From Candidatus Sumerlaeia bacterium (lineage in GTDB: Bacteria; Sumerlaeota; Sumerlaeia; SLMS01), in the NCBI GenBank assembly GCA_038208905.1, contig JBBQYG010000037.1, forward strand, positions 1 to 28,815: a DNA stretch of 28,815 bases. Reading direction: 5' to 3'. Under the pieces are notes generated by a model. The model was not told the DNA's origin. It was given only the letters and a program-made list of their open reading frames with translations, and made no database searches. A program made the translations under genes and the position numbers. This document shows, in pieces, positions 7,586-18,447 of this stretch (positions are counted from its first letter, which is position 1; each line of letters starts with the position of its first letter).

Positions 7586-8413
7586 ATGCCTATCAAGAGA
7601 TTCCGCCCATATACGCCCACGCGGCGCTTCCTCACGGTGCTCTCCTTCGAGGAGATCACCAAGAAGGCTCCCGAGCGTTCCCTGACCGAGCGCGTTCACT
7701 ACGCCGCCGGCCATAACAACAACGGCCGCATCACCAGCCGTTTCCGCGGCGGGCGTCACAAGCGCCTATACCGGATCATCGACTTCAAGCGCACCCGCGA
7801 CGGGATTCCCGCCAAGGTTGCCTCGATCGAGTACGATCCCAACCGCACGGCCAACATCGCTCTGCTGCACTATGCCGATGGCGTGAAGACCTACATCCTT
7901 GCACCCAAGGGCCTGAAGGTCGGCACGGTGGTCACCAGTGGTTCCCAGGCGGAAATCCGCGTGGGCAACTGCCTGCCGCTGGCCAACATCCCCGTGGGCA
8001 CCACGGTTCACGCGGTGGAGATGCGTCCCAAGGGCGGCGCCAAGCTGGCGCGTTCCGCGGGCAACGGCGTACTTCTCCTTGCCCGCGAGACCACGATGGC
8101 GACTCTTCGCCTCCCCTCGGGCGAGGTTCGCCTGGTTCCCGTCGTCTGCCGCGCCACGATCGGCGAGGTTGGCAACGCGGATCACGAGCTGGTTTCGATC
8201 GGCAAGGCGGGCCGCCAGCGTTGGAAGGGCAAGCGCCCCCACAACCGCGGCGTCTCGATGAACCCGGTGGATCACCCGATGGGCGGCGGCGAAGGCCGCA
8301 CGTCCGGCGGTCGCCAGCCCTGCTCTCCCTGGGGCCAGAAGGCCAAGGGTCTTGCGACGCGCAAGAAGAGCAAGGCCAGCACCAAGATGATCGTCAAGCG
8401 CCGCACGAAGTAA
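7586..8413 (+). CDS. rplB: 50S ribosomal protein L2
   Basis: [38 protein letters not shown]. Confidence 0.99.
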   Translation: MPIKRFRPYTPTRRFLTVLSFEEITKKAPERSLTERVHYAAGHNNNGRITSRFRGGRHKRLYRIIDFKRTRDGIPAKVASIEYDPNRTANIALLHYADGVKTYILAPKGLKVGTVVTSGSQAEIRVGNCLPLANIPVGTTVHAVEMRPKGGAKLARSAGNGVLLLARETTMATLRLPSGEVRLVPVVCRATIGEVGNADHELVSIGKAGRQRWKGKRPHNRGVSMNPVDHPMGGGEGRTSGGRQPCSPWGQKAKGLATRKKSKASTKMIVKRRTK

Positions 8414-8441
8414 CCCCGGACAGGACCAAGGATACCCTACG

Positions 8442-8720
8442 ATGCCCCGTTCACTCAGGAAGCCCCCCTTCATCGACCACTCCCTCGCGGGAAAGGTCGA
8501 GTCCATGAACTCGAAGAACGAGAAGAAGGTGATCCGCACGTGGTCGCGGCGCTCGATGGTCTCGCCCGACATGGTGGGCCATACGATCGCGGTGCACAAC
8601 GGCAAGGCCTTCATCCCCGTCTTCATCAACGAGAACATGGTGGGCCACAAGCTGGGCGAGTTCGCCCTGACCCGCACGTTCAAGGCACACGGCGGCAAGA
8701 CCGTGAAGGCAACGAAGTAA
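8442..8720 (+). CDS. rpsS: 30S ribosomal protein S19
   Basis: [23 protein letters not shown]. Confidence 0.99.
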   Translation: MPRSLRKPPFIDHSLAGKVESMNSKNEKKVIRTWSRRSMVSPDMVGHTIAVHNGKAFIPVFINENMVGHKLGEFALTRTFKAHGGKTVKATK

Positions 8721-8751
8721 CGTCACCATCGACGAGGAGCAGAGACCGGCA

Positions 8752-9132
8752 ATGTCAGCAGGACTGAAAAAACACACAGAGACAGCCCGCGGGAAGCGCA
8801 TCCTGGGCAAGTCCTTGACGCGCTACGTGCGCTGCGCCCCGCGCAAGGTCCGCCTGGTGGTGGACCTTATCCGCGGCAAGGCGGCGGGCGATGCGCTCAT
8901 CATCTTGCAGTTCACCCAGCGCCCCTCCGCGGTGCCCTATGTGACGCGCGCCCTGAAGGCCGCGATCGCGAGCGCCAAGGAAGTGCATCCGGAGCCGGAA
9001 ACCCTTCTCGTCTCGGAGGCCATCGTTGACGAGGCCCCCATGATGAAGCGCACCCGCCCTGCCTCGATGGGACGCGCCGTCCGCGTCCGCAAGCGTCAGA
9101 GCCACATCTTCCTCGCCCTCGCCGAATCCTGA
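8752..9132 (+). CDS. rplV: 50S ribosomal protein L22 (with N-terminal extension)
   Basis: PRKVRLVVDLIRGK, GRA..VRKR.SHI; operon position. Confidence 0.96.
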   Translation: MSAGLKKHTETARGKRILGKSLTRYVRCAPRKVRLVVDLIRGKAAGDALIILQFTQRPSAVPYVTRALKAAIASAKEVHPEPETLLVSEAIVDEAPMMKRTRPASMGRAVRVRKRQSHIFLALAES

Positions 9133-9170
9133 TCGCGCGCAAGGCCTGAATCCGTCAAGGAGACTGAATC

Positions 9171-9821
9171 TTGGGACAGAAAGTACACCCCTACGGCTTC
9201 CGCCTGGGCGTCATCAAGGACTGGCTGTCGCGCAGCTATCCGCGCGCCGCCTATAAGGAACTGCTCCACGAGGACCTCGCGATCCGCAAGGTCATCAAGA
9301 CCAAGTTCAGCCACGCGAACATCGCGATGGTGGAGATCGAACGCGCCACCAAGCGCGCCAAGGTCATCATCCACACCGCGCGCCCCGGCATCGTGATCGG
9401 CAAGAAGGGCGAGTCGATCGAACTGCTCCGCAAGGAGCTCGAGAAGATGACGGGCAAGCAGATCGTCATCAACATCGAGGAGATCAAGCGCCCCGACCTC
9501 ACCGCCCAGCTCGTGGCCGAGAACATCGCCGGCCAGCTCCTTCGCCGCATCAGCTTCCGCCGCGCCATGAAGAAGACCGTCCAGAGCTGCATGAAGGCCG
9601 GCGCCCTGGGAATCAAGATCCAGTGCTCGGGCCGCCTTGGCGGCGCCGAAATGAGCAGGACGGAGTGGTATCGCGAGGGCCGCGTTCCCCTTCACACGCT
9701 GCGCGCGGACATCGACTACGGCTTCGCCGAGGCCAAGACGAAGTACGGCATCATCGGCGTCAAGACGTGGATCTTCCGCGGCGAAGTCTTCGAGAAGCCC
9801 GCCGTCAAGACCGCGGCCTAA
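9171..9821 (+). CDS. rpsC: 30S ribosomal protein S3
   Basis: TTG start after [42 protein letters not shown]. Confidence 0.99.
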   Translation: MGQKVHPYGFRLGVIKDWLSRSYPRAAYKELLHEDLAIRKVIKTKFSHANIAMVEIERATKRAKVIIHTARPGIVIGKKGESIELLRKELEKMTGKQIVINIEEIKRPDLTAQLVAENIAGQLLRRISFRRAMKKTVQSCMKAGALGIKIQCSGRLGGAEMSRTEWYREGRVPLHTLRADIDYGFAEAKTKYGIIGVKTWIFRGEVFEKPAVKTAA

Positions 9822-9848
9822 CCGACCACCTAGAGGATATATCCGACC

Positions 9849-10322
9849 ATGATGCTTCCCAAGAAGCCAAAACACCGCAAGGTGCAGAAGGGCCGCCGCC
9901 GCGGGAAAGCCTACCGCGGCTCGACGCTGGCCTTCGGCTCCTTCGGGATCAAGGCCCTGGAGTGCGGCTGGGTGACCAACCGCCAGATCGAGGCCTCCCG
10001 TATCGCCATCACCCGCACGATCAAGCGCGGCGGCAAGCTCTGGATCCGCATCTTTCCGGACAAGCCGCTGACGGTCAAGCCGGCGGAAACGCGAATGGGC
10101 AAGGGCAAGGGCAACCCCGAGCACTGGGTCGCCGTGGTCAAGCCCGGCCGCATCCTCTTCGAACTCGAGGGCGTGACCGAGGAGTTGGCCCGCGAGGCCA
10201 TGACCCGCGCCATCTACAAGCTGCCGATCCGCGCCAAGTTCATCAAGCGCGAGGAGCCGTTGGCCCACGTTGCCGCCGCGGAACCCGCGGCACTCGCGGC
10301 ACCCGCCGCCACGGAAGGATGA
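9849..10322 (+). CDS. rplP: 50S ribosomal protein L16 (Ala/Pro-rich C-terminal tail)
   Basis: [24 protein letters not shown]. Confidence 0.99.
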   Translation: MMLPKKPKHRKVQKGRRRGKAYRGSTLAFGSFGIKALECGWVTNRQIEASRIAITRTIKRGGKLWIRIFPDKPLTVKPAETRMGKGKGNPEHWVAVVKPGRILFELEGVTEELAREAMTRAIYKLPIRAKFIKREEPLAHVAAAEPAALAAPAATEG

Positions 10323-10330
10323 ACCTGACA

Positions 10331-10534
10331 ATGCCTAGCGAATTCGCCAAGCTGGTCGAACTGGACATCGCGGAGTTGACGCTCCGCGCCGCCGAGCTGC
10401 GCAAGGAGATGTACGACCTGCGCCTCAAGCTCACCACCAAGGAGCAGTCCAACACGGCCCGTCTCCGCGACGGCCGCCGGGACTACGCCCGGGTGCTGAC
10501 CGCCATCCGCCGCAAGCAGCTCGCGGCAAAGTAG
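10331..10534 (+). CDS. rpmC: 50S ribosomal protein L29
   Basis: MPSEFAKL...ELRKEMYDLR...RRDYARVLT lies between rplP and rpsQ. Alternative in-frame ATG at 10319. Confidence 0.92.
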   Translation: MPSEFAKLVELDIAELTLRAAELRKEMYDLRLKLTTKEQSNTARLRDGRRDYARVLTAIRRKQLAAK

Positions 10535-10604
10535 CCAACCCAGGAATCCCCCCGGGGCAACCCGGCGCCGCACCGACTGACCGACCACAGAGGAGTCTGG
10601 CCCC

Positions 10605-10898
10605 ATGGCCGAAGCGACCGCGCAGGCAACGGATAAGAAGGACCTCAAGCCCTACCCCAAGAAGAAGGTGGGCAAGGTCGTCAGCAACAAGATGGACAAG
10701 ACGGTTGTCGTCACCATCGACCGGCTGGTGAAGCACCCGCTTTACAAGAAGTACATCCAGCGCCGCAAGAAGCTGTACGTCCACGACGAGCAGAACCAAG
10801 CCCAGACTGGAGACACCGTCGAGGTGGCCGAGATGACCCGCCCCCTGAGCAAGCTGAAGCGCTGGCGCCTTGTCCGCGTCATCGAGCGCGCCAAGTAA
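10605..10898 (+). CDS. rpsQ: 30S ribosomal protein S17
   Basis: [34 protein letters not shown]. Confidence 0.98.
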   Translation: MAEATAQATDKKDLKPYPKKKVGKVVSNKMDKTVVVTIDRLVKHPLYKKYIQRRKKLYVHDEQNQAQTGDTVEVAEMTRPLSKLKRWRLVRVIERAK

Positions 10899-10931
10899 CC
10901 CCACCCGCCACACCGCCCGAAGAGGACTAAG

Positions 10932-11300
10932 ATGATTCAGGAATACACCGTACTGACCGTGGCCGACAACAGCGGCGCCAAGCGCGTGCGCTGCTTCAAG
11001 GTGCTCGGCGGCTCCAAGCGCCGTTACGCCTCCATTGGCGATGTCATCGTCTGCTCCGTCCGCGACGCCGACCCCCATGGCACCGTCAAGAAGGGCACCG
11101 TGGTCAAGGCAGTCATCGTGCGCACGCGCAAGGAACTGCGCCGCGACGACGGCAGCTACATCCGCTTCGACGACAACGCGGCGGTGCTTATCAACAACCA
11201 GAACGAGCCCGTGGGCACGCGTATCTTCGGGGCCGTGGGCCGCGAGCTCCGCGCCCGCAAGTTCATGAAGATCATCTCACTCGCGCCCGAAGTCATCTAA
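10932..11300 (+). CDS. rplN: 50S ribosomal protein L14
   Basis: [30 protein letters not shown]. Confidence 0.99.
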   Translation: MIQEYTVLTVADNSGAKRVRCFKVLGGSKRRYASIGDVIVCSVRDADPHGTVKKGTVVKAVIVRTRKELRRDDGSYIRFDDNAAVLINNQNEPVGTRIFGAVGRELRARKFMKIISLAPEVI

Positions 11301-11339
11301 CCACACCGCGCGGCGAATCGGCCAGATAGGACACCTACG

Positions 11340-11672
11340 ATGAAATTGAAGATCCGCAAGGACGACATGGTGGAAGTGATCACCGGAAACGACAAGGGCA
11401 AGCGTGGCCGCATCCTCCAGGTGGACCGCGAGCGTGGCTACGTGACGGTGGAGGGCGTGAACCTGCGCAAGCACCACGAGCCCGTCCGCCAGACCAAGGA
11501 AGGCGCCCGAACAGGCGGCATCGAGGAGCGCGAGGGCCACATCCACGCGAGCAACGTGATGATCGTGGATCCCAAGAGCAACTCGCCGGCCCGCATCGGC
11601 ATCAAGATTCAGGACGGCAAGCGCGTCCGCATCACCAAGGGCAAGAACGCCTCGGGAACCGCCCTCGACTGA
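11340..11672 (+). CDS. rplX: 50S ribosomal protein L24
   Basis: KOW motif D.VEVITG.DKGKRG, VEGVN, GGI.E.E..IH.SNV. Confidence 0.98.
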   Translation: MKLKIRKDDMVEVITGNDKGKRGRILQVDRERGYVTVEGVNLRKHHEPVRQTKEGARTGGIEEREGHIHASNVMIVDPKSNSPARIGIKIQDGKRVRITKGKNASGTALD

Positions 11673-11728
11673 CGTAGAGTCGGGTGCGCGATACCTCGGG
11701 AGCATACCAGGAAAGCAGGCTGAAGATC

Positions 11729-12325
11729 ATGGCATCACCAGAAAACATCGGCGGGGGAGCGGCAGCGGCGGCAGATCCGTTTGCGTCTCCCAGGCTGCTG
11801 CGCCTCTACCGCGAGAAGGCCGTCCCGGCCCTCATGGAGAAGTTCGGCTACAAGAACATCATGGAAGTCCCCCGCGTCCTCAAGGTCACGCTCAACATGG
11901 GCGTTGGCGAGGCGGCCAAGGACATCAAGGAACTGGACGCGGCGATCAAGGAGTTGACGATTATCGCGGGCCAGAAGCCGATGCAGACGCGCGCCCGCGT
12001 CTCGGTCTCGCAGTTCAAGATTCGCGCTGGAATGCCGGTTGGCGCCTTCGTCACGCTGCGCAACGCGCGCATGTGGGAGTTCATGGAGCGCCTGATCCAC
12101 GTCGCCCTTCCCCGCGTGCGCGACTTCCGCGGCCTTCCCGGGAAGAGCTTCGACGGCCGCGGCAACTATTCCATGGGTCTCAAGGAGCACATGATCTTTG
12201 TGGAGCTTGACTACAACGACATCTCCAAGACCCGGGGCATGAACATCACTTTCGTCACCAACGCCAAGAGCGACGCCGAGGCAAAAGAGCTTCTTCGTCT
12301 TCTCGGCATGCCCTTCCGGAACTGA
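11729..12325 (+). CDS. rplE: 50S ribosomal protein L5
   Basis: ATG 11729; [33 protein letters not shown]. Confidence 0.98.
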   Translation: MASPENIGGGAAAAADPFASPRLLRLYREKAVPALMEKFGYKNIMEVPRVLKVTLNMGVGEAAKDIKELDAAIKELTIIAGQKPMQTRARVSVSQFKIRAGMPVGAFVTLRNARMWEFMERLIHVALPRVRDFRGLPGKSFDGRGNYSMGLKEHMIFVELDYNDISKTRGMNITFVTNAKSDAEAKELLRLLGMPFRN

Positions 12326-12344
12326 GAACGGAGCCAAAGACACC

Positions 12345-12740
12345 ATGCATTCCGATCCCGTAGCAGACATGCTGACCCGCATCCGCAACGCCAACACCTC
12401 GGGGCTCGACCACGTCGATATCCCCAACTCGAAGATCAAGGTGGCGATCGCGCGGATCCTCAAGGACGAGGGCTTCATCAAGTACTACAAGGTGATGCGC
12501 AACAACAAGCAGGGGACCATCCGCGTCTTCCTGAAATACGGCCCCGCCAAGGAGCGCGCCCTCGCCGGTCTCGACCGCGTCAGCAAGCCCAGCCTGCGCC
12601 GCTACATGAAGTCCGCCGAGATCCCCCACGTCCGCGGTGGCCTTGGCATCACGATCCTTTCCACGTCCCACGGCATCATGACGGGACGCGAGTGCCGCCA
12701 GAAGCAGCTTGGCGGGGAAGTTCTCTGCACCGTCTGGTAA
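12345..12740 (+). CDS. rpsH: 30S ribosomal protein S8
   Basis: DPVADMLTRIRNA, RVSKPS.R.Y, STS.GIM, GGEVLC.VW. Confidence 0.99.
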   Translation: MHSDPVADMLTRIRNANTSGLDHVDIPNSKIKVAIARILKDEGFIKYYKVMRNNKQGTIRVFLKYGPAKERALAGLDRVSKPSLRRYMKSAEIPHVRGGLGITILSTSHGIMTGRECRQKQLGGEVLCTVW

Positions 12741-12810
12741 TCCCACCCGGGATTGCCGACCACCCCGGGCCGCCCATGCGGGGCCCAAGACTTCTTCGGA
12801 GGCAACGGCC

Positions 12811-13350
12811 GTGAGCCGAATTGGCAAGCTACTCATTCCGGTCCCCAGTGGCGTCAGCGTCACGATCAAGGACACGGAAGTCCGCGTGAAGGGCCCCAAG
12901 GGCGAACTTTCCGTGGCCCATCTCGGCCGCGTCTCCGTCAAGCAGCAGGACGGGAACCTCCATGTGGAGCGCCCCGACGACGCCCAGGAGAGCCGCATGT
13001 TCCACGGCCTCTATCAGCGCCTGATCCAGAACTGCGTGACGGGCGTGACCGCCGGATTCAAGAAGGAACTGGAGATTCAGGGCGTCGGCTATCGCGCCGC
13101 GCTGCAGGGCAAGAACCTCCAACTCCTCCTCGGCTACTCGCACCCCGTTGTGCTTGAGCCCCCCACGGGAATCGCCTTCACCGTCCCCAAGCCCACCTCG
13201 ATCATTATCGAGGGAATCGACAAGCAGTCCGTCGGCCAGATCGCCGCCGTGATCCGCGCCAAGCGCCCGGTGGAGCCCTACAAGGGCAAGGGCGTGCGCT
13301 ACGTCGGCGAGCACGTTATCCGCAAGGCCGGCAAGTCGGCCAAGAAGTAA
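12811..13350 (+). CDS. rplF: 50S ribosomal protein L6
   Basis: GTG 12811 after GGAGG; SRIGK, VKGPKGEL, GVGYRA, LGYSHPV, PYKGKGVRY. Confidence 0.98.
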   Translation: MSRIGKLLIPVPSGVSVTIKDTEVRVKGPKGELSVAHLGRVSVKQQDGNLHVERPDDAQESRMFHGLYQRLIQNCVTGVTAGFKKELEIQGVGYRAALQGKNLQLLLGYSHPVVLEPPTGIAFTVPKPTSIIIEGIDKQSVGQIAAVIRAKRPVEPYKGKGVRYVGEHVIRKAGKSAKK

Positions 13351-13418
13351 CCTCAACCCGAGACAATCGCCTGGCGGCTGCCACGCAAGCGTAGCCACCC
13401 GAAAGGCAAAGGAAACCA

Positions 13419-13784
13419 ATGAAGCTCACCCGCAAGGAAAAACTCGAGAGGCGCCACCTGCGCGTCCGCAAGAAGGTCAACGGCACCGCCGAGCGTCCGC
13501 GCCTCAGCGTCCGCAAGACCCTCAAGCATCTCTATGCCCAGGTCGTGGACGATTCGCCCTCCGGCGGCGCCCGCACCATCGCGATCTATGCCACCGCGAG
13601 CCGCGCCAACGCCGGCAAGCACATGAGCAACGTGTCCAACGGCGCGGACCTCGGCAAGAGCATCGGCGCGGACCTGAAGTCGCGTGGCATCGACAAGATC
13701 GTCTTCGACCGCGGCGGCTATCGCTACCACGGCTGCGTGAAGGCCATCGCCGATGCGATCCGCGAAACGGGAATCCAGTTCTAA
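13419..13784 (+). CDS. rplR: 50S ribosomal protein L18
   Basis: [37 protein letters not shown]. Confidence 0.98.
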   Translation: MKLTRKEKLERRHLRVRKKVNGTAERPRLSVRKTLKHLYAQVVDDSPSGGARTIAIYATASRANAGKHMSNVSNGADLGKSIGADLKSRGIDKIVFDRGGYRYHGCVKAIADAIRETGIQF

Positions 13785-13827
13785 CCTTCACGACAACCCC
13801 TCCCCCGCGAGAAAAGGAACGAGTGCC

Positions 13828-14652
13828 TTGAGCGACGAAATCGACATCAAAGACAGCGACCTCACCGCCGACGACGCCAGCCATGGCGAAGGCGGCGAGG
13901 ACAGCCGCTACGACTCGCTGTCCCAGGCCCTGAAGGCCCACGGCGAGCCCATCAACCCCGCCAAGCTCGACCTCCGCGAGGAGGTCGTGTCCCTGAATCG
14001 CGTGGCCAAGGTCGTCAAGGGCGGTCGCCGCTTCAGCTTCGCGGCTCTCGTCGTCGTCGGCGACGGCGCCGGCCACGTGGGCGTTGGGTTCGGCAAGGCC
14101 AACGAAGTCCCCGATGCCATCTCCAAGGCCGTTGACTCGGCCCGCAAGACCCTGATCCGCGTTCCGCTCGTCGGGCGCACGATCCCCTTCGATGTCATCG
14201 GTGAGTTCGGCGCCGGGCGCGTGCTTCTCCGCCCCGCCTCCGAGGGTACCGGCCTCATCGCCGGCCCCGCCGCCCGCGCCGTCCTCCAGCTCGCCGGCGT
14301 TCACGACGTGCTGTCCAAGGTGCTTGGCTCCGGCAACCAGCTCAACGTCGTCCACGCCACCTTCGCCGGCCTCAAGAACCTCGAGATGGCGGAGTCCGTG
14401 GCGCTGCGCCGCGGCAAGAGCCTGGAAGAGGTGCTTGGCAACAAGGCAAGCGAGCGCTACCGCAAGGGCCGCGAGGAAGTCCTCTCGGGCTTCCACGTTC
14501 AGAAGTTGCACGAGCAGGACCGCAAGGACAAGGGCCGCCTTGGCACGTATAGCGCCGGCGGACGCGACGAGGATGCTTCCGGTCGCCGTGGCCGCGCCGC
14601 CGCAGATGGCGACGCCCCCGCCGCACCGGGCACCGCCCCCAGGAGCCGATAG
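13828..14652 (+). CDS. rpsE: 30S ribosomal protein S5 with long N- and C-terminal extensions (274 aa)
   Basis: TTG 13828 after [45 protein letters not shown]. Confidence 0.97.
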   Translation: MSDEIDIKDSDLTADDASHGEGGEDSRYDSLSQALKAHGEPINPAKLDLREEVVSLNRVAKVVKGGRRFSFAALVVVGDGAGHVGVGFGKANEVPDAISKAVDSARKTLIRVPLVGRTIPFDVIGEFGAGRVLLRPASEGTGLIAGPAARAVLQLAGVHDVLSKVLGSGNQLNVVHATFAGLKNLEMAESVALRRGKSLEEVLGNKASERYRKGREEVLSGFHVQKLHEQDRKDKGRLGTYSAGGRDEDASGRRGRAAADGDAPAAPGTAPRSR

Positions 14653-14655
14653 ACA

Positions 14656-14844
14656 ATGAGCAAGAAGATCCGCATCACCCAGATCAAGAGCGTGATCGGC
14701 TGCAAGCAGCCCCACCGCCGCACCATCCAGGTGCTTGGACTCCGCCGCATGAACGACACCGTCGAGAAGGAAGCAACGCCTTCCATCCTCGGCATGGTCG
14801 CCAGCGTCTCCTACCTCGTGAAAGTTGAGGAAGTCGGCTCATGA
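14656..14844 (+). CDS. rpmD: 50S ribosomal protein L30
   Basis: IRITQIKSVIG...T...LGLRR, TPSI.GM...V.YLV.VEE. Confidence 0.96.
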   Translation: MSKKIRITQIKSVIGCKQPHRRTIQVLGLRRMNDTVEKEATPSILGMVASVSYLVKVEEVGS

Positions 14845-15287
14845 AGATTCACAACCTCCCGGGCGATCCGGGCCGCAAGCAGGGGCGCAAGCGCCTTGGC
14901 CGCGGCCACGGCAGCGGCCACGGCAAGACCGCCGGCATGGGTCACAAGGGCCAGCAGGCCCGCTCCGGCGCGCCCAAGGCGGGCGCGTTCGAGGGTGGCC
15001 AGATGCCCCTTACTCGTCGCCTCCCCAAGGGCGGCTTCAAGAACCCCTTCCGCGTCGAGTACGAGGTCGTCAACCTCGCCTCCCTCGAGAAGATGTTCGA
15101 GGCCGGCGCCACGGTGGACCCCGAGTCCCTCGCCAAGCTCCGCCTGGTGCAGAGCCGCAAGCCGGTGAAGATTCTCGCGACGGGAACGCTGACCAAGGCG
15201 CTCACGATCAAGGCCCACAAGGCCAGCGAGGCGGCGATCGCGCGCATCAAGGAATCGGGCGGCACTTTCGAGGCAATCAACGGCTAA
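14841..15287 (+). CDS. rplO: 50S ribosomal protein L15
   Basis: GRG.GSG.GKTAG.GHKGQ.ARSG, FEGGQMPL.RRLPK.GF. Confidence 0.99.
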   Translation: MKIHNLPGDPGRKQGRKRLGRGHGSGHGKTAGMGHKGQQARSGAPKAGAFEGGQMPLTRRLPKGGFKNPFRVEYEVVNLASLEKMFEAGATVDPESLAKLRLVQSRKPVKILATGTLTKALTIKAHKASEAAIARIKESGGTFEAING

Positions 15288-15367
15288 GGCGGTCGGGCGG
15301 CCCTCCGGGGCCGCCCGCGCCGTCGTCAGAGAGTCATACCAGTAGCCCCTCCGGGCACCAGGACGAC

Positions 15368-16792
15368 ATGATTCAGATCATCAAAAACATCTTCGCCGCC
15401 AAGGACCTGCGGGAGCGCGTGATCTTCACCCTGGTGATGATCGCGATCTTCCGTTTGGGCTCCTTCATTCCGTGCCCGTTCATCAGCTCCTCCCACATGC
15501 AGGCGTCGATGTCCGGCGGCGGGTTGACGGGCGGGGTCTTCGGCGTGGCCGACATGTTCACGGGCGGGGCGTTCTCCAAGCTCACGATCATGGCGCTGGG
15601 CATCATGCCCTACATCTCAGCGTCGATCATCCTGCAGATGATGATGCTGGTGATCCCTCGGCTGGAGAAGATCGCCAAGGAAGGCGAGTCCGGCCGTCGC
15701 AAAATCACCGAACTCACCCGCCGGGGCACCGTTCTCCTCGCCGCTGTCCAAGGTTTCGGCTTGGGGCTCTTCATCCTTTCCGATCCCGAGATGATCACCG
15801 CGTCGATGCGCGAGCACAAGGCGCTCTTCGTGATGACCACGATGATCAGCGTCACCACGGGAACGGTGTTCCTGATGTGGATCGGCGAGCGCATCAGCGA
15901 ACGCGGGATCGGCAACGGCGTCTCGCTGCTGATCGCGCTGGGCATCATCGCCAGCTATCCGACCAACCTGCGCCTTGCCTTCCAGGCAGTACGCCTGGAA
16001 TCGATGGCGCCGATCTGGCTCCTCATCGTCGGCGCCATGTGCGTCGCCACCACCGTCGCGATCATCCTCATTCAGGAGGGGGCCCGCAAGATCCCCATCC
16101 AGCACGCCAAGCAGATGGTTGGTCGCAAGATGACCAACGCCCAGACGAACTACCTGCCGTTGAAGATCAACACCGCGGGCGTCATGCCGGTGATTTTCTC
16201 CTCCGCGATTCTCATGCTTCCCTCCTACCTCTTTGGCTGGATCGGCGCCAACCCGGGGCAGGGCATGGGCTTTTTCGGCGAACTCTTCAGCATGCAGTCG
16301 CGCTACAACCTGTACGACGCGTTCGGCCTCAGCAAGGGCGCGATCTTCCTCGTGCTGAAGGCCGCGAACCTGTACACGTTCACCTTCGTGATGCTCACGG
16401 CGTTCTTCTGCTTCTTCTACACCGCGATCGTCTTCAACCCGCAGGATGTCGCCGACAACCTTCGCCGCGTCGGCGCGTTTGTCCCGGGGTATCGCCCCGG
16501 CAAGCCCACGGCGGAGTATATCGACCGCGTGATGTCGCGCATTACGCTGGTCGGCGCGGTGTTCCTGTGCAGCGTCGCCATCATCCCCGAGGTCATGTTC
16601 GTCTCCTTCAACATCCCCTACGCCGTGGCCCAGTTCGCCGGCGGAACGGGACTCATCATCGTGGTCGCTGTGATCCTGGACACGATGAAGCAGGTTGAAT
16701 CGCGGCTGCTCATGCGCCACTACGAGGGCTTCAAGTCGCGCCGCCAGGTATCGGGTGGCGGGCGGCGCTGGGCCCGGGAAAAGCAGGGCTAG
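15368..16792 (+). CDS. secY: Preprotein translocase subunit SecY
   Basis: ATG 15368; ALGIMPYISASII, MWIGE.I..RGIGNG.SL.I, LPLKIN.AGV.P.IF, PG.RPG..T..Y, GGT.L.I.V.V. Confidence 0.98.
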   Translation: MIQIIKNIFAAKDLRERVIFTLVMIAIFRLGSFIPCPFISSSHMQASMSGGGLTGGVFGVADMFTGGAFSKLTIMALGIMPYISASIILQMMMLVIPRLEKIAKEGESGRRKITELTRRGTVLLAAVQGFGLGLFILSDPEMITASMREHKALFVMTTMISVTTGTVFLMWIGERISERGIGNGVSLLIALGIIASYPTNLRLAFQAVRLESMAPIWLLIVGAMCVATTVAIILIQEGARKIPIQHAKQMVGRKMTNAQTNYLPLKINTAGVMPVIFSSAILMLPSYLFGWIGANPGQGMGFFGELFSMQSRYNLYDAFGLSKGAIFLVLKAANLYTFTFVMLTAFFCFFYTAIVFNPQDVADNLRRVGAFVPGYRPGKPTAEYIDRVMSRITLVGAVFLCSVAIIPEVMFVSFNIPYAVAQFAGGTGLIIVVAVILDTMKQVESRLLMRHYEGFKSRRQVSGGGRRWAREKQG

Positions 16793-16854
16793 AGAATGAG
16801 GGGCGGCAAGCCGCGGGCTGCGCGGAACCGCCGTGAATCCGGAGGGCGCCGCCG

Positions 16855-17508
16855 ATGAACCTCGTCCTCTTTGGCCCACCGGGCTCCGGCAAGGGCACCC
16901 AGTCAGAACGTATCTGCAAGAAGTACTCGATGACCCACATTTCGACGGGGGACGCCTTGCGCGCCGCGATTCGCAACAAGACAGAGGTCGGACAGCGCGC
17001 CCAGGCATTGATTGAGCGCGGCGAACTCGTGGGCGACGATGTCGTCACCGATTTGCTGCGCACGATCATCGCCCCGCTCCGCTCCCAGACCGAAAGCTTC
17101 CTGTTCGACGGCTATCCGCGCACGGTGGGCCAGGTCTCGATCCTCGATGACATCTGCGAGGAATTCCGCCTTTCGCACCCGGTGGTGATCAACCTCACCG
17201 TGCCCGAGGAAACGCTGATGCTCCGGCTGACCGGTCGGCGCATCTGCGCGGAATGCCGCGCCACGTTCAATATCTACTTCAAGCCCACGCGCCAGGCCGG
17301 CGTCTGCGATCACTGCTCGGGGCCCTTGACAAAGCGCATCGACGACAGCCCGGAGACCACGCGCGAGCGCCTGCGCGTCTATCACGATCAGACGGCCCCC
17401 GTCCTCTCCATGTATCAGGAGAGCGGCATGCTCTACACGATCGACGCCACCGGCGACACGGAAGAGGTCTTCCGCAAGGTGGACCGCATCATCGAGGAAA
17501 ATTACTGA
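16855..17508 (+). CDS. adk: Adenylate kinase (Zn-binding LID, CxxC...CxxC)
   Basis: GPPGSGKGTQ, HISTGD.LR, FDGYPRT, ICAEC...CDHC. Confidence 0.98.
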   Translation: MNLVLFGPPGSGKGTQSERICKKYSMTHISTGDALRAAIRNKTEVGQRAQALIERGELVGDDVVTDLLRTIIAPLRSQTESFLFDGYPRTVGQVSILDDICEEFRLSHPVVINLTVPEETLMLRLTGRRICAECRATFNIYFKPTRQAGVCDHCSGPLTKRIDDSPETTRERLRVYHDQTAPVLSMYQESGMLYTIDATGDTEEVFRKVDRIIEENY

Positions 17509-18356
17509 TGATGACCGCGGCGGGATTCTTCCGGCAGCGCCGGCACGAGCGTGGCTCCAACGAGGTCTATCTCAAGAGCGCCGCCGAGATCGCCATCATG
17601 CGGCGCGCCGGGCGCCTGCTGCGCGGGATCATCCGCGAGGTGACCGAGGCCGCCGTCGAGGGTGTCACGACGCTCGAACTCGACCGCCTCGCGTATATGC
17701 GCATCAAGGAAGCACGCGCGATCCCCGGCTTCCTGGGCCTGTACGATTTCCCCAACACGCTGTGCATCTCCGTCAACGAAGCCGTCGTTCACGGGATTCC
17801 CACCAAGCGCCGCCTTGTCGAGGGAGACCTCGTCTCCATCGACTGCGGGCTGATCCTCGAGGGGTACTTCGCGGACACGGCCTACACGGTGCCGGTGGGG
17901 CGCATTTCGCCGGTGGCGGAGCGGTTGCTGCGCACGACGCGGGAGTCGCTGGACGCCGGCATCGCGGCGGCCCGCGTGGGCGGCCGCGTGGGCGACATCG
18001 GCGCGGCGGTGGAACACATGGTCCATGCCGCGGGGTTTCACTGCGTGGAGGGCTACTGCGGCCACGGGGTGGGACGTTCCTGCCACGAGGAGCCACAGGT
18101 GTACAACACCAGCCAGGAACGCGGAAAGCGCATCGCCAGCGGCCTGACGATCGCCATCGAGCCGATGGTGAACGTGGGAACCTCGGAGACGCGCGAGCTG
18201 GAGGACGGCTGGACGGTGGTGACAGCGGATGGCTCGCTGTCGGCGCATTTCGAGCATACGGTGGCGATTACCGATGCCGGCGTGGAAATCCTGACCTTGG
18301 ACCCCGTGCTGGACGGCGTGGAAGCACTCAGCGAAGGGAGATCGGTTTCGGCTTGA
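17508..18356 (+). CDS. map: Methionine aminopeptidase type I
   Basis: Start overlaps adk stop; CISVN..VVHGIP, SID.G, ADTA, GHGVG..HEEP, IEPM, SAHFEHT. Confidence 0.97.
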   Translation: MMTAAGFFRQRRHERGSNEVYLKSAAEIAIMRRAGRLLRGIIREVTEAAVEGVTTLELDRLAYMRIKEARAIPGFLGLYDFPNTLCISVNEAVVHGIPTKRRLVEGDLVSIDCGLILEGYFADTAYTVPVGRISPVAERLLRTTRESLDAGIAAARVGGRVGDIGAAVEHMVHAAGFHCVEGYCGHGVGRSCHEEPQVYNTSQERGKRIASGLTIAIEPMVNVGTSETRELEDGWTVVTADGSLSAHFEHTVAITDAGVEILTLDPVLDGVEALSEGRSVSA

Positions 18357-18447
18357 CGGCTGAGTCCGCGGGAAGAGAGCATTCGAAATTGCGCCCTAGC
18401 GGTCAGGGGCGCGCCCCCGCCACCGGAAACCCGAAGCGAAAGAGGAT

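Noticed and set aside
14825-15367. 655-aa SecY with a long N-terminal extension (similar over-extensions for rpmC, rplF, map, rpsD, rpoA, pstA)
   Set aside because: The extensions mostly overlap upstream genes in another frame or span spacers; homology starts at the downstream start codons used here.
18353-18381. TTGACG hexamers upstream of infA (18353), the GKRP-like gene (22079) and pstS (24116) as sigma70 promoters
   Set aside because: No acceptable -10 hexamer at 16-18 bp spacing.
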